Below, piece after piece: positions 1 through 9,040 of a DNA stretch of 24,771 bases. Position 1 is the first letter of the stretch; every line of letters starts with the position of its first letter. Under the pieces are notes generated by a model, which was not told the DNA's origin, did no database searches, and was given only the letters and a program-made list of their open reading frames with translations. The translations under genes were made by a program, and so were the position numbers. This DNA is from Methylophilaceae bacterium (GTDB lineage: Bacteria; Pseudomonadota; Gammaproteobacteria; Burkholderiales; Methylophilaceae), in assembly GCA_041603755.1 (NCBI GenBank), contig JBFIDU010000001.1, positions 1-24,771 on the forward strand. Reading direction: 5' to 3'.

Positions 1-1
1 A

Positions 2-457
2 CTCATGATCAGTCCAGATGGCACACTTAAGACACTTGAGTTCAATTGCCGCATGGGAGACCCAGAGACGCAACCCATACTGATGCGTCTAAAAACTGAT
101 TTGTTGTCTTTATTACAGAAAGCTATTGCTGGCAATCTGGACAAGGCAGAAGCTGAATGGGATAGGCGTTTTGCCCTAGGCGTGGTTATGGCAAGTGCTA
201 ACTATCCAGCTTCACCAAAACTAGGTGATGAAATCTCTGGTCTGCCTAAAGTGTTAGAGGATGCTTATGTTTTCCATGCTGGCACCAAACTAGTGGATGG
301 AAAAGTAATGACCAGTGGTGGGCGCGTATTATGTGTAACGGCCTTGGGTGAAACAGTCAAATTTGCGCAACAAAAAGCTTATCGTATTATTGAAGACATT
401 CATTTTGAAGGTGCGCAATACCGATCAGATATTGGCTATCGTGCAATTAAAGGTTAA
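2..457 (+). CDS. purD: Phosphoribosylamine--glycine ligase, C-terminal part (5'-truncated by the window edge)
   Basis: LEFNCRMGDPETQPI, GVVMASANYP, VFHAGT, TSGGRVLCVTALG and YRSDIG are GARS C-terminal motifs. The frame is open from position 2, so the ATG at 5 is internal. Confidence 0.97.
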   Translation, partial: LMISPDGTLKTLEFNCRMGDPETQPILMRLKTDLLSLLQKAIAGNLDKAEAEWDRRFALGVVMASANYPASPKLGDEISGLPKVLEDAYVFHAGTKLVDGKVMTSGGRVLCVTALGETVKFAQQKAYRIIEDIHFEGAQYRSDIGYRAIKG

Positions 458-463
458 CAGTAG

Positions 464-1495
464 ATGAGCGCTATTGATTCAAACGCTGTATTTGAATATT
501 TGCAAAATTTACAAGCACGCATTATAGAATCTGTTGAACTGGTAGATGGCAAAACATTCTTACATGATGGCTGGCAGCGTCCAGAAGGTGGTGGTGGCAA
601 TTCATGCATGTTAGAAGAAGGCAATGTGTTTGAACGTGCGGGTATTGGTTTTTCACATGTACTTGGAAACAAACTACCACCAGCTGCTAGTGTTGCCCAC
701 CCTGAAGCTGCTGGAAGACCATGGGAAGCCATGGGCGTTTCATTAGTATTTCATCCACGCAATCCCTATATTCCTACCGTGCATATGAATGTGCGTTTCT
801 TTGTGGCTAAAGCTGCAAAAAAGACAGATATATCCTCACAGCATTTGGGAGCGAGCCAAGGCGGTGAGGCAGATTTTTCGCAGACAGCACAACAAGTGCG
901 GCAAGAAAAATCTAACGAAACCAACACTGGCGCAGCCCCAAATGATGACGAGGATATTTGGTGGTTTGGCGGCGGCATGGACTTAACGCCCTATTACGGC
1001 TTTGAAGAAGATTGTGTACATTTTCACCGTACCAATAAAACTGCACTGGCACCTTTTGGTGATGAACTCTATCCAGTATTCAAAAAGCAGTGTGACGAAT
1101 ACTTTCACTTAAAGCATCGCAAGGAACCGCGTGGTATTGGTGGTATATTCTTTGATGACTTTAACGAATTAGGGTTTGAAAAAAGTTTTGCGATGCTGCG
1201 TGCAGTTGGGGATGCTTTTACCCAAGCATACCTGCCTATCGTTCAACGCCGTAAAGATACACCCTATGGCGAACGAGAGCGCGACTTTCAACAATACCGC
1301 CGCGGCCGTTATGTAGAGTTTAATTTGGTGTTTGATCGCGGTACGTTATTCGGCTTACAATCTAATGGCCGCACTGAGTCGATACTGCTGTCCATGCCCC
1401 CTATCGTTAAATGGCGTTACGACTGGAAGCCAGAAACTGGCAGTCCTGAAGCAAAACTGTATACTGATTTCTTAATTGATAAAAATTGGATTTAA
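464..1495 (+). CDS. hemF: Oxygen-dependent coproporphyrinogen-III oxidase carrying a 42-aa in-frame insertion
   Basis: [60 protein letters not shown] and [12 protein letters not shown]. At 343 aa it is about 42 aa longer than a typical ~300-aa HemF. Confidence 0.97.
   Translation: MSAIDSNAVFEYLQNLQARIIESVELVDGKTFLHDGWQRPEGGGGNSCMLEEGNVFERAGIGFSHVLGNKLPPAASVAHPEAAGRPWEAMGVSLVFHPRNPYIPTVHMNVRFFVAKAAKKTDISSQHLGASQGGEADFSQTAQQVRQEKSNETNTGAAPNDDEDIWWFGGGMDLTPYYGFEEDCVHFHRTNKTALAPFGDELYPVFKKQCDEYFHLKHRKEPRGIGGIFFDDFNELGFEKSFAMLRAVGDAFTQAYLPIVQRRKDTPYGERERDFQQYRRGRYVEFNLVFDRGTLFGLQSNGRTESILLSMPPIVKWRYDWKPETGSPEAKLYTDFLIDKNWI
830..957. mobile_element. Miniature palindromic element (MITE-like; ERIC/Correia/RPE-type architecture) inserted in frame in hemF
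   Basis: Nested inverted repeats: ATATCCTC 830-837/GAGGATAT 950-957; CATTTGGG 842-849/CCCAAATG 937-944; AGATTTTTC 871-879/GAAAAATCT 905-913; GCAC 887-890/GTGC 896-899. A GATAT direct repeat at 827-831 and 953-957 is exactly 126 bp apart. Confidence 0.85.
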
Positions 1496-1503
1496 AACGC
1501 GCT

Positions 1504-2805
1504 ATGGTCACTAAAACGGCAATCAAACAAGCACAGGATTTACTGGATTTTATTGATACAAGCCCAAGTCCATGGCATGCCGTTAACAGCACGATTAAGC
1601 AATTAGAAGCAAATGGCTTTGAAGCACTAATAGAAAGTGAACCATGGCATTTGAAGAAAAATGGTCGCTATTATGTTTGCCGTGATGGTGCCTCAATTAT
1701 AGCGTTTACATTAGGATCAAAATCAATAACAGAGGCAGGATTCAGGATAGTAGGCGCTCACACCGACTCACCAGGAATACGCTTAAAGCCAAAAGCAGCA
1801 TTCGCAAATCAGGGAGCGGCACAGCTCGGTGTTGAAGTCTATGGCGGACCTATATTAGCCACTTTTACTGACCGTGATTTAAGCATGGCTGGTAGAGTCA
1901 ATATTGCTACTACTGATGGTTTCACTACTGAACATCTGCACATGACAGAAAGTATTGTCAGATTACCTAATCTTGCTATTCATATGAACCGTGAAGTGAA
2001 TACCAAAGGTTTACTATTGGACAAACAAACTCAGTTGCCGCTGATTTTTGGCTATGCCGCCGATAGCATAGAAGCAAAAAATAAACTCAATACAATAATT
2101 GCTGATCACTTAAATATCAATCAAGCAGATATCCTGACATGGGAACTAAATGTTTACGATACGCAAAAAGGTAGCATATGGGGCAGCAATAATGAATTTA
2201 TTGCTAACAGCCAATTGGATAATTTAGCCTCTTGCCATGCCGCACTACAAGCGCTATTGAGCACCAGTAACCCAGACGCGACCAATATATGCGCCTTTTT
2301 TGATCACGAGGAAGTGGGTAGTGAGAGTGCAACTGGAGCAGGCGGCAGTTTTATTGGTGACACCATTCAACGCATTTGTGCTTTTTATCAAGCGACTGAA
2401 GAAGACCGATTACGTGCCTTTGCTAATAGTTTATTTATCAGTGCTGATATGGCACATGCTTTCCACCCTAACCATCCAGCTGCGTATGAGCCAGAACATC
2501 ATGCAACATTGAATCAAGGGCCTGTCATTAAAACCAATGCCAACCAACGCTACAGCACCAACGCCAACACGGCAGCACGCTTTATTCAATTGTGCAAAAA
2601 AGCTAACGTACCCTATCAGGAGTATGCACACCGCACCGATTTAGGTTGTGGGAGTACCATCGGCCCGACAGTGGCCGCACAACTTGGGATGCCAACTGTT
2701 GATGTCGGCAACCCAATGTGGGCAATGCATAGTATCCGTGAAAGTGCTGGCGTGTTAGATCATGGGTATATGATTGAGGTCTTAAAACAGCACTTTCAGA
2801 CCTAG
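1504..2805 (+). CDS. M18 family (aspartyl-type) aminopeptidase
   Basis: SPSPWHAV, GAHTDSPGIRLKP, LDNLASCH, FDHEEVGS, ISADMAHA, DLGCGSTIGP and MHSIRE. The ATG at 1504 is preferred over the TTG at 1486, which overlaps hemF. Confidence 0.93.
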   Translation: MVTKTAIKQAQDLLDFIDTSPSPWHAVNSTIKQLEANGFEALIESEPWHLKKNGRYYVCRDGASIIAFTLGSKSITEAGFRIVGAHTDSPGIRLKPKAAFANQGAAQLGVEVYGGPILATFTDRDLSMAGRVNIATTDGFTTEHLHMTESIVRLPNLAIHMNREVNTKGLLLDKQTQLPLIFGYAADSIEAKNKLNTIIADHLNINQADILTWELNVYDTQKGSIWGSNNEFIANSQLDNLASCHAALQALLSTSNPDATNICAFFDHEEVGSESATGAGGSFIGDTIQRICAFYQATEEDRLRAFANSLFISADMAHAFHPNHPAAYEPEHHATLNQGPVIKTNANQRYSTNANTAARFIQLCKKANVPYQEYAHRTDLGCGSTIGPTVAAQLGMPTVDVGNPMWAMHSIRESAGVLDHGYMIEVLKQHFQT

Positions 2806-2869
2806 ATAAAAAGTGCCTGCTATGATTAGTGCTTTCTCGTTATAATGAATTAAAAGGGGATAAGCAGTC

Positions 2870-4204
2870 ATGCAATCAATAGAGGAATTCATCGCCACAC
2901 TCTCTGGCATTGTGTGGGGGCCATACATGCTTGTTTTATTAGTAGGCACTGGCCTGTACCTCACCATACTATTAAAAGGAATGCAGTTTAGGATACTGCC
3001 CCATGCGCTAAAGCTCATATTCACTAAAGATAAAAATGAAGAAGGCGATATTAGTCATTTTGCTGCATTAATGACTGCATTAGCTGCAACTGTCGGTATT
3101 GGTAATATTGTAGGTGTCGCCACAGCCATAACATTAGGTGGCCCGGGTGCAGTATTTTGGATGTGGGTCACTGGTTTGGTAGGCATGGCAACGAAATACA
3201 GTGAAGCAGTCCTTGCAGTGAAATACCGTGAGGAAGGTAAGCACGGCATGCGCGGCGGACCAATGTATTACTTAAGCAAAGGTGCAGGACTACCTTGGCT
3301 AGGTACTCTATTTGCAATTTTTACCGCATGCGCTGCATTCGGTATTGGCAATATGACCCAAGCTAATGCCACTGCAAAGGCATTTGAGGCAACATTTCAA
3401 ATTCCAACTGAAATAACAGGCATATTTCTAACTTTTTTAACTGGTTTAGTCATTCTTGGTGGAATTAAAACCATCGGCAAATTTACATCTTTCATCGTCC
3501 CATTTATGATACTGGGCTATGTGCTTTGTAGCTTGTGGGTACTGGCTGCTCATGTAAATGCTATCCCGGAAGCATTTCGATTGATTTTTTATCACGCATT
3601 TAATCCATCCGCTGCAAGTGGCGGATTTGTTGGTGCTACCGTTGCCGCAGCTATGCGTTATGGAGTTGCACGGGGTGTATTTTCAAATGAGTCAGGATTG
3701 GGCTCCGCACCTATTGCTGCTGCTGCTGCAAAAACAGATGATCCCGTCAAGCAGGCATTAGTTAGTATGACACAAACATTTATTGATACATTAGTCGTTT
3801 GCACTATGACTGCTCTGGTTATCTTGACCGCAACAAGTTGGACGCAGGGAGTGGATGCTGCCCAACTCACCAGTGCCAGTATGGCTGAAACCTTAGGCAA
3901 TACGGGCAATATTATTATTGCCATTGCAATCGCTTTTTTTGCATTCTCAACCTTGATTGGTTGGAGCTATTATGGTGAAAAAGCCATCGAGTTTTTATTT
4001 GGTGATGACGCCGTTAAAGCTTATCGCATCTTTTTTACTGCTGCCGTCATGATTGGGTCGATGACAAGTCTAAACTTTGTCTGGAACTTTTCTGATTTAA
4101 TGAACGGGCTTATGGCCATTCCAAATTTAATTGGCTTGTTATTATTGTCTAAAATTATTAAACAAGAAACGGAACGCTACTTCAATCATCAAGAAAATAA
4201 TTAA
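2870..4204 (+). CDS. Alanine/glycine:cation symporter (AGCS family)
   Basis: LAATVGIGNIVGVA, GGPGAVFWMW, GGPMYYL, RGVFSNESGLGSAP, QTFIDTLVVCTMT and MAIPNLI; multiple TM helices. Confidence 0.93.
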   Translation: MQSIEEFIATLSGIVWGPYMLVLLVGTGLYLTILLKGMQFRILPHALKLIFTKDKNEEGDISHFAALMTALAATVGIGNIVGVATAITLGGPGAVFWMWVTGLVGMATKYSEAVLAVKYREEGKHGMRGGPMYYLSKGAGLPWLGTLFAIFTACAAFGIGNMTQANATAKAFEATFQIPTEITGIFLTFLTGLVILGGIKTIGKFTSFIVPFMILGYVLCSLWVLAAHVNAIPEAFRLIFYHAFNPSAASGGFVGATVAAAMRYGVARGVFSNESGLGSAPIAAAAAKTDDPVKQALVSMTQTFIDTLVVCTMTALVILTATSWTQGVDAAQLTSASMAETLGNTGNIIIAIAIAFFAFSTLIGWSYYGEKAIEFLFGDDAVKAYRIFFTAAVMIGSMTSLNFVWNFSDLMNGLMAIPNLIGLLLLSKIIKQETERYFNHQENN

Positions 4205-4217
4205 ATAGGATCCCAAT

Positions 4218-5570
4218 ATGACGCAGCACAGAGGTGCTTGGAAAAATCGTTGGACTTTTATGTTAGCAACCGCAGGCTCTGCTATCGGCTTAGGCAATAT
4301 TTGGAAATTGCCATACATGATTGGTGTTAATGGTGGTAGTGCATTTGTTTTAGTGTTTATCGTTTGTATTTTGTTCGTGGGAATTCCGTTGATGATGACG
4401 GAGATTCTACTTGGTCGCCGAGCACATCAGAATCCTCTTAATGCTATGCAAACACTGGCAAAGGAAGCAAATGCATCAAGCCAGTGGCGTTATATAGGTG
4501 GCATGGGAATGCTAGCAGGCGTACTTATTTTGGGATTTTATAGTGTCATTGGCGGTTGGGTGCTTACATACATCAGCTATTCAGCACAGAATAACTTTTC
4601 AGGCATCACTGCCTCACAGTCCAGTGAAAACTTTGCTACTCTGCTAGCATCACCATTTACTTTATTTTTCTGGCATAGCATTTTCATGATAATGACCATG
4701 GGTGTCGTAGCTAAAGGTGTGAACTCTGGCTTGGAAAAAGCAAATAATCTTCTAATACCGGCTTTATTCGCGATTTTATTAATACTGCTTGGCTACAGTA
4801 TGTCAGTGGGTGACATTGGTACTGCAACCAACTTTATGTTCAAGCCAGACTTTTCAAAAATTACGCCAGTTGCAGTGCTATCAGCACTAGGTCACGCCTT
4901 TTTCTCCCTAAGCTTAGGAATGGGCTCAGTAATGGTTTATGGTTCATACTTAAAGCGAGATGTTTCTATTGCGCGTACGACTATTTATATTGCCCTATTA
5001 GACACAACACTTGGTTTGCTGGTAGGCCTTGCCATTTACTCGCTAGTGTTTGCCAATCACTTGGAGCCCAATGCTGGGCCTGGCTTAATTTTTCAAACAC
5101 TTCCGATTGCATTTGGCCACATGCCATGGGGTAATCTAATTGGCACATTATTTTTTATGCTAGTAGGGTTTGCTGCGTGGACATCAGCTATTTCTTTAGT
5201 AGAACCCACCATTGCATGGATAGTAGAAAATACCCAAATCAAACGTTTTCATGCATGTTTAATACTAGGCATTATTATCTGGTTAATTGGTATAAGCGTT
5301 CTCTTATCCTTCAATTTATGGAAAGATGTCAAAATTATATTTGGGTTGGGTATTTTCGACACACTAGATAAACTTACCTCCACGATTTTTCTACCACTAG
5401 GCGGATTACTAATGGCGGTATTTGCAGGTTACTTTATGAAAAAACACCATGCTCAGGAAGAGCTTGGTTTAAATAACACATGCTTTAGCTTATGGAAAAC
5501 TGCTAATAATATTATTGCCCCCATTGCCATTATTGCTGTGTTTCTCTACTTATTCGGTTTAGTCAAATAA
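4218..5570 (+). CDS. Sodium-dependent transporter, NSS/SLC6 (LeuT/MhsT-like) family
   Basis: AGSAIGLGNIWKLPY, NGGSAF, ALGHAFFSLSLGMG, YGSYL, GPGLIF and FAAWTSAISLVE. Confidence 0.93.
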   Translation: MTQHRGAWKNRWTFMLATAGSAIGLGNIWKLPYMIGVNGGSAFVLVFIVCILFVGIPLMMTEILLGRRAHQNPLNAMQTLAKEANASSQWRYIGGMGMLAGVLILGFYSVIGGWVLTYISYSAQNNFSGITASQSSENFATLLASPFTLFFWHSIFMIMTMGVVAKGVNSGLEKANNLLIPALFAILLILLGYSMSVGDIGTATNFMFKPDFSKITPVAVLSALGHAFFSLSLGMGSVMVYGSYLKRDVSIARTTIYIALLDTTLGLLVGLAIYSLVFANHLEPNAGPGLIFQTLPIAFGHMPWGNLIGTLFFMLVGFAAWTSAISLVEPTIAWIVENTQIKRFHACLILGIIIWLIGISVLLSFNLWKDVKIIFGLGIFDTLDKLTSTIFLPLGGLLMAVFAGYFMKKHHAQEELGLNNTCFSLWKTANNIIAPIAIIAVFLYLFGLVK

Positions 5571-5571
5571 T

Positions 5572-5601
5572 AAAAAAGCCAGCAAAAGCTGGCTTTTTTT
5601 T
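5572..5601. terminator. Bidirectional rho-independent terminator between the convergent NSS transporter and cytochrome c genes
   Basis: AAAAAA-GCCAGC-aaaa-GCTGGC-TTTTTTTT: GC-rich stem with A and T tracts on either side. Confidence 0.9.
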
Positions 5602-5617
5602 GTGTCATATCGCACTG

Positions 5618-5929
5618 TTATAGTGACAATATCCACTTAACAATCGTTTGGATATCACCATCTTTAACTTGTGGGCTATTTGCTGGCATTGGAATTGGAC
5701 CCCATACACCACTACCACCTTTTTTCACCTTATCAACTAACTTACCTTCAGCTGATTTATCACCTTTATACTTTGCTGCCACATCTTTGAATGCTGGACC
5801 TAGTACTTTTTTATCCACGCCATGACATGCCAAACAACCACTCTTCTGCGCTAACGCTTGATCTGCTGCTGCTTGACCAGCAATAAGCAGTGCGCCTGTA
5901 GCGACTACTGTTAACAATAATGCTTTCAT
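5618..5929 (-). CDS. Periplasmic monoheme class I cytochrome c (c551/c552-like)
   Basis: Sec signal peptide ending in AQAAA-like residues, CLACH heme motif, VLGPAFKDVA, WGPIPM with axial Met; SD AAGGAG upstream. Confidence 0.93.
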   Translation of the reverse strand: MKALLLTVVATGALLIAGQAAADQALAQKSGCLACHGVDKKVLGPAFKDVAAKYKGDKSAEGKLVDKVKKGGSGVWGPIPMPANSPQVKDGDIQTIVKWILSL

Positions 5930-5970
5930 GCTATCTCCTTGAATTCTTATAAAATTTTAACCGCTTGGCT

Positions 5971-5998
5971 ATCATACCTATAAAAAAAAATTCTACAA
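5971..5998 (-). promoter_or_regulatory. Candidate sigma70 promoter for the cytochrome c gene
   Basis: Minus strand TTGTAG-16 nt-TATGAT, about 40 nt upstream of the ATG. Confidence 0.4.
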
Positions 5999-6125
5999 CA
6001 ATTCTAGCATGTCATTAAGTAAAAATTTAAAACATCTAAATTTGTTGCCTAATCATCTAACGTCATAACCTAGCCACAGGTTGACACAATTAAAACAATT
6101 TATTTTCAGACTAGCCCAAATGCTA

Positions 6126-7085
6126 CTAATAGGCATTGTATGTAAATGACTCAACATTATATTCGACCGTCATCACATGTGTCCTATGTGGATTTATAAT
6201 GACAGAGTTTTCTAGTGAGTTTGTTGATTCAACGCAAATCATTCTGCGCCACTCATCGCCATTACCCATATCACCTAAAGCATGCGCTTTTTCTTCCCAA
6301 GGCGTCCAGACTACTGTATTACTACTTCCTGACTTCTGCACACGAATCAAACGATTAAATCCAGAATCATGAATGACGCAATCTGATGTATGGTTCATGT
6401 ATATGCGGTCAAACTCTCCATCAAATTGCAAAAAGCCATTCTCTACTGATCGTTCATATTTTTTCAATTTATCAGCATAAACACACTCTTGCAAACCAGT
6501 GATTTTTACATTTTGCACATCACTGACCGCGAGATAAGTGTGGAATCCTTCTCCGATCCTAAATGGGTGGTCTGCTTTATTAGTCGTCGCAAGCTCCATT
6601 TTCAGGCGTCGTCCCACAATCACTGTCAAGGTGACAGCATAAGCATAGCTTAGCTGGCGTTTTGCCTCGGGCGTTTGCACCATCTCTAACGCAATCCGTG
6701 TCGCACCATTATAAATAGTGTCTGCGTCAATGACACGCCAAGGAATCACGCGCGCAAAGCCATGTGGGCACAATGTACCATCTGTAGGATGCGCACCAAA
6801 CCATGGCCAACAAATAGGCACACCACCTCGGATAGAACGCCCTTGTACATATCGAGCGTGGTCAGACAGCCATAGCACAGGCTCCTTTAAGTGTTTTGGA
6901 TGAAATTGCATTACATGTGCGCCTTGCAATGCAATTTTTGCCTTTGCAAACTCATTTTCTACCAGAAGATACTGTAGCCCATTTTCATCTTCTGTCATGC
7001 TGATGTGCGGATGCCTTTCCACTACCTCTGGTACCAAATTTTGGATTATGCACAAATTTTCTTCTACTGCCCCTGATTTAGACAT
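6126..7085 (-). CDS. D-hexose-6-phosphate mutarotase (aldose 1-epimerase superfamily, YeaD-like)
   Basis: IALQGAHVM, IRGGVPICWPWFG, HGFAR, HTYL, VVWTPW and MICVES. Confidence 0.9.
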   Translation of the reverse strand: MSKSGAVEENLCIIQNLVPEVVERHPHISMTEDENGLQYLLVENEFAKAKIALQGAHVMQFHPKHLKEPVLWLSDHARYVQGRSIRGGVPICWPWFGAHPTDGTLCPHGFARVIPWRVIDADTIYNGATRIALEMVQTPEAKRQLSYAYAVTLTVIVGRRLKMELATTNKADHPFRIGEGFHTYLAVSDVQNVKITGLQECVYADKLKKYERSVENGFLQFDGEFDRIYMNHTSDCVIHDSGFNRLIRVQKSGSSNTVVWTPWEEKAHALGDMGNGDEWRRMICVESTNSLENSVIINPHRTHVMTVEYNVESFTYNAY

Positions 7086-7104
7086 TTCTCTATTTACTTT
7101 CTGC

Positions 7105-8961
7105 TCAGTCTCTATTTTCTATTTGTTCTACGTTTCGAACAGCACCAAAAGCTGCACTTGTAGACATAGCAGCATAAGCACGTAATGCTGGAGAAACATA
7201 GCGTTCCCGCTGCACTGGTTTCCATGCACTTTTCCCTTTTGCTTCCATTTTGGTGCGTCTTTCTGCTAATGCTTCATTGCTAATTTTTAGGTTAATTGTC
7301 CGATTTGGAATATCAATTTCAATTACATCCCCTTCTTCAACCAGGCCAATTGCACCACCCTCAGCTGCTTCTGGCGATGCATGCCCTATACTTAAACCAG
7401 ACGTTCCGCCAGAGAACCTGCCATCGGTTAATAAAGCACAATCCTTGCCAAGTCCTTTTGATTTGAGGTATGACGTTGGATACAACATTTCTTGCATACC
7501 AGGACCGCCTCGTGGACCTTCATACCGAATCACAACAACATCACCTGCAACAATCTTATCGGACAAAATTCCTTCAACTGCAGCATCTTGAGATTCAAAC
7601 ACACGCGCTCTGCCAGTAAATTTTAGAATACTCTCATCAACTCCAGCGGTTTTGACTATACAGCCATCAAGCGCGATATTGCCATATAGCACAGCCAAGC
7701 CACCGTCTTTTGAGTAGGCATGCTCTACATCTCGGATGCAACCGCTTGCACGGTCCATATCCAGTGTTGGCCACAACATGCTCTGTGAGAATGCAATTGT
7801 CGTTGCAATGCCGCCAGGTGCTGCGCGATAAAACTGTTTAACATCTTCATCAGCGGTCGTGGCAATATCCCATTTATCCAATGCAGCTCCCATGCTAGGA
7901 GAATGCACTGTCGGTATATCGCGGTGAATTAGGCCTCCTCGACTGAGCTCAGCAAGTATACCCATCACGCCACCAGCACGATGGACATCTTCCATATGAT
8001 ATTTTGATGTGGCAGGCGCAACTTTACTTACGCAAGGCACTTTGCGAGAAATACGATCTATATCCTTCATTGTGAAAGGTATCTTTGCTTCATGGGCTGC
8101 GGCAAGCAAATGTAAGACTGTGTTGGTACTACCGCCCATCGCTACATCTAAACTCATTGCATTTTCAAATGCTTGGAAACTCGCAATATTACGAGGTAAT
8201 ACACTTTCATCATCCTGCTCATAATAGCGCTTCGTAATATCAACAATCGTTTTTCCCGCCTCCAGAAACAGTGATTTCCTAGCTGCATGTGTCGCCAATG
8301 TTGACCCGTTACCTGGCAAACTGAGTCCTAGCGCCTCGGTTAAACAATTCATGGAGTTTGCTGTGAACATCCCAGAACATGAGCCACAAGTGGGGCATGC
8401 TGAACGTTCTATTGCATCCGATTGCTCATCGGAAACCTTGTCATCCGCTGCTGCGACCATTGCATCCACCAAATCCAGCTTGATTGCTTGACCTTGCCAG
8501 TTAACTTTACCAGCCTCCATTGGTCCACCAGAGACAAAAATGACAGGTATATTCAGTCTCAACGCTGCCATCAACATACCTGGCGTTATTTTGTCACAAT
8601 TCGATATGCAAACGAGTGCATCGGCACAATGTGCATTGACCATATACTCAACGCTATCAGCAATTAAATCTCTACTAGGGAGACTATAAAGCATGCCGCC
8701 GTGCCCCATCGCAATACCATCATCCACGGCAATTGTATTAAACTCTTTAGCAACACCGCCAACTTTTTCAATTTCTCTGGCAACAAGCTGACCCATATCT
8801 TTTAAATGCACATGGCCTGGTACAAACTGTGTAAAGGAATTTGCAACAGCAATAATTGGTTTATCAAAATCGCCGTCTTTCATTCCTGTTGCTCGCCATA
8901 GCGCGCGTGCACCAGCCATATTGCGGCCGTGAGTGGTTGTTCTTGAACGATACTGAGGCAT
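7105..8961 (-). CDS. ilvD: Dihydroxy-acid dehydratase
   Basis: [61 protein letters not shown] and TDGRFSGG. Confidence 0.98.
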   Translation of the reverse strand: MPQYRSRTTTHGRNMAGARALWRATGMKDGDFDKPIIAVANSFTQFVPGHVHLKDMGQLVAREIEKVGGVAKEFNTIAVDDGIAMGHGGMLYSLPSRDLIADSVEYMVNAHCADALVCISNCDKITPGMLMAALRLNIPVIFVSGGPMEAGKVNWQGQAIKLDLVDAMVAAADDKVSDEQSDAIERSACPTCGSCSGMFTANSMNCLTEALGLSLPGNGSTLATHAARKSLFLEAGKTIVDITKRYYEQDDESVLPRNIASFQAFENAMSLDVAMGGSTNTVLHLLAAAHEAKIPFTMKDIDRISRKVPCVSKVAPATSKYHMEDVHRAGGVMGILAELSRGGLIHRDIPTVHSPSMGAALDKWDIATTADEDVKQFYRAAPGGIATTIAFSQSMLWPTLDMDRASGCIRDVEHAYSKDGGLAVLYGNIALDGCIVKTAGVDESILKFTGRARVFESQDAAVEGILSDKIVAGDVVVIRYEGPRGGPGMQEMLYPTSYLKSKGLGKDCALLTDGRFSGGTSGLSIGHASPEAAEGGAIGLVEEGDVIEIDIPNRTINLKISNEALAERRTKMEAKGKSAWKPVQRERYVSPALRAYAAMSTSAAFGAVRNVEQIENRD

Positions 8962-9004
8962 AATCTAATCCAACATTCAATTTATATAATGCATAATTTT
9001 AAAC

Positions 9005-9025
9005 TATGCTGACCTATTCAGCATA
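9005..9025. terminator. Hairpin between the GGDEF-EAL gene and ilvD (weak terminator candidate)
   Basis: TATGCTGA-cctat-TCAGCATA perfect 8-bp stem; only a short GTTT tail on the minus strand. Confidence 0.35.
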
Positions 9026-9040
9026 TGTTAATTCAATTTG

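Noticed and set aside
454-986. ORFs 454-732 (-), 766-978 (-) and 789-986 (+) overlapping hemF
   Set aside because: They are shadow frames of a clear housekeeping gene with no recognisable motifs. Their openness across 830-957 is treated as a property of the inserted element.
1486-1503. TTG start for the M18 peptidase overlapping the hemF stop
   Set aside because: An in-frame ATG at 1504 avoids the overlap and gives a normal N-terminus.
2806-2869. Possible glycine riboswitch upstream of the AGCS transporter
   Set aside because: The gap is only 64 bp with no aptamer-like structure. A TATAAT at 2841-2846 lacks a convincing -35.
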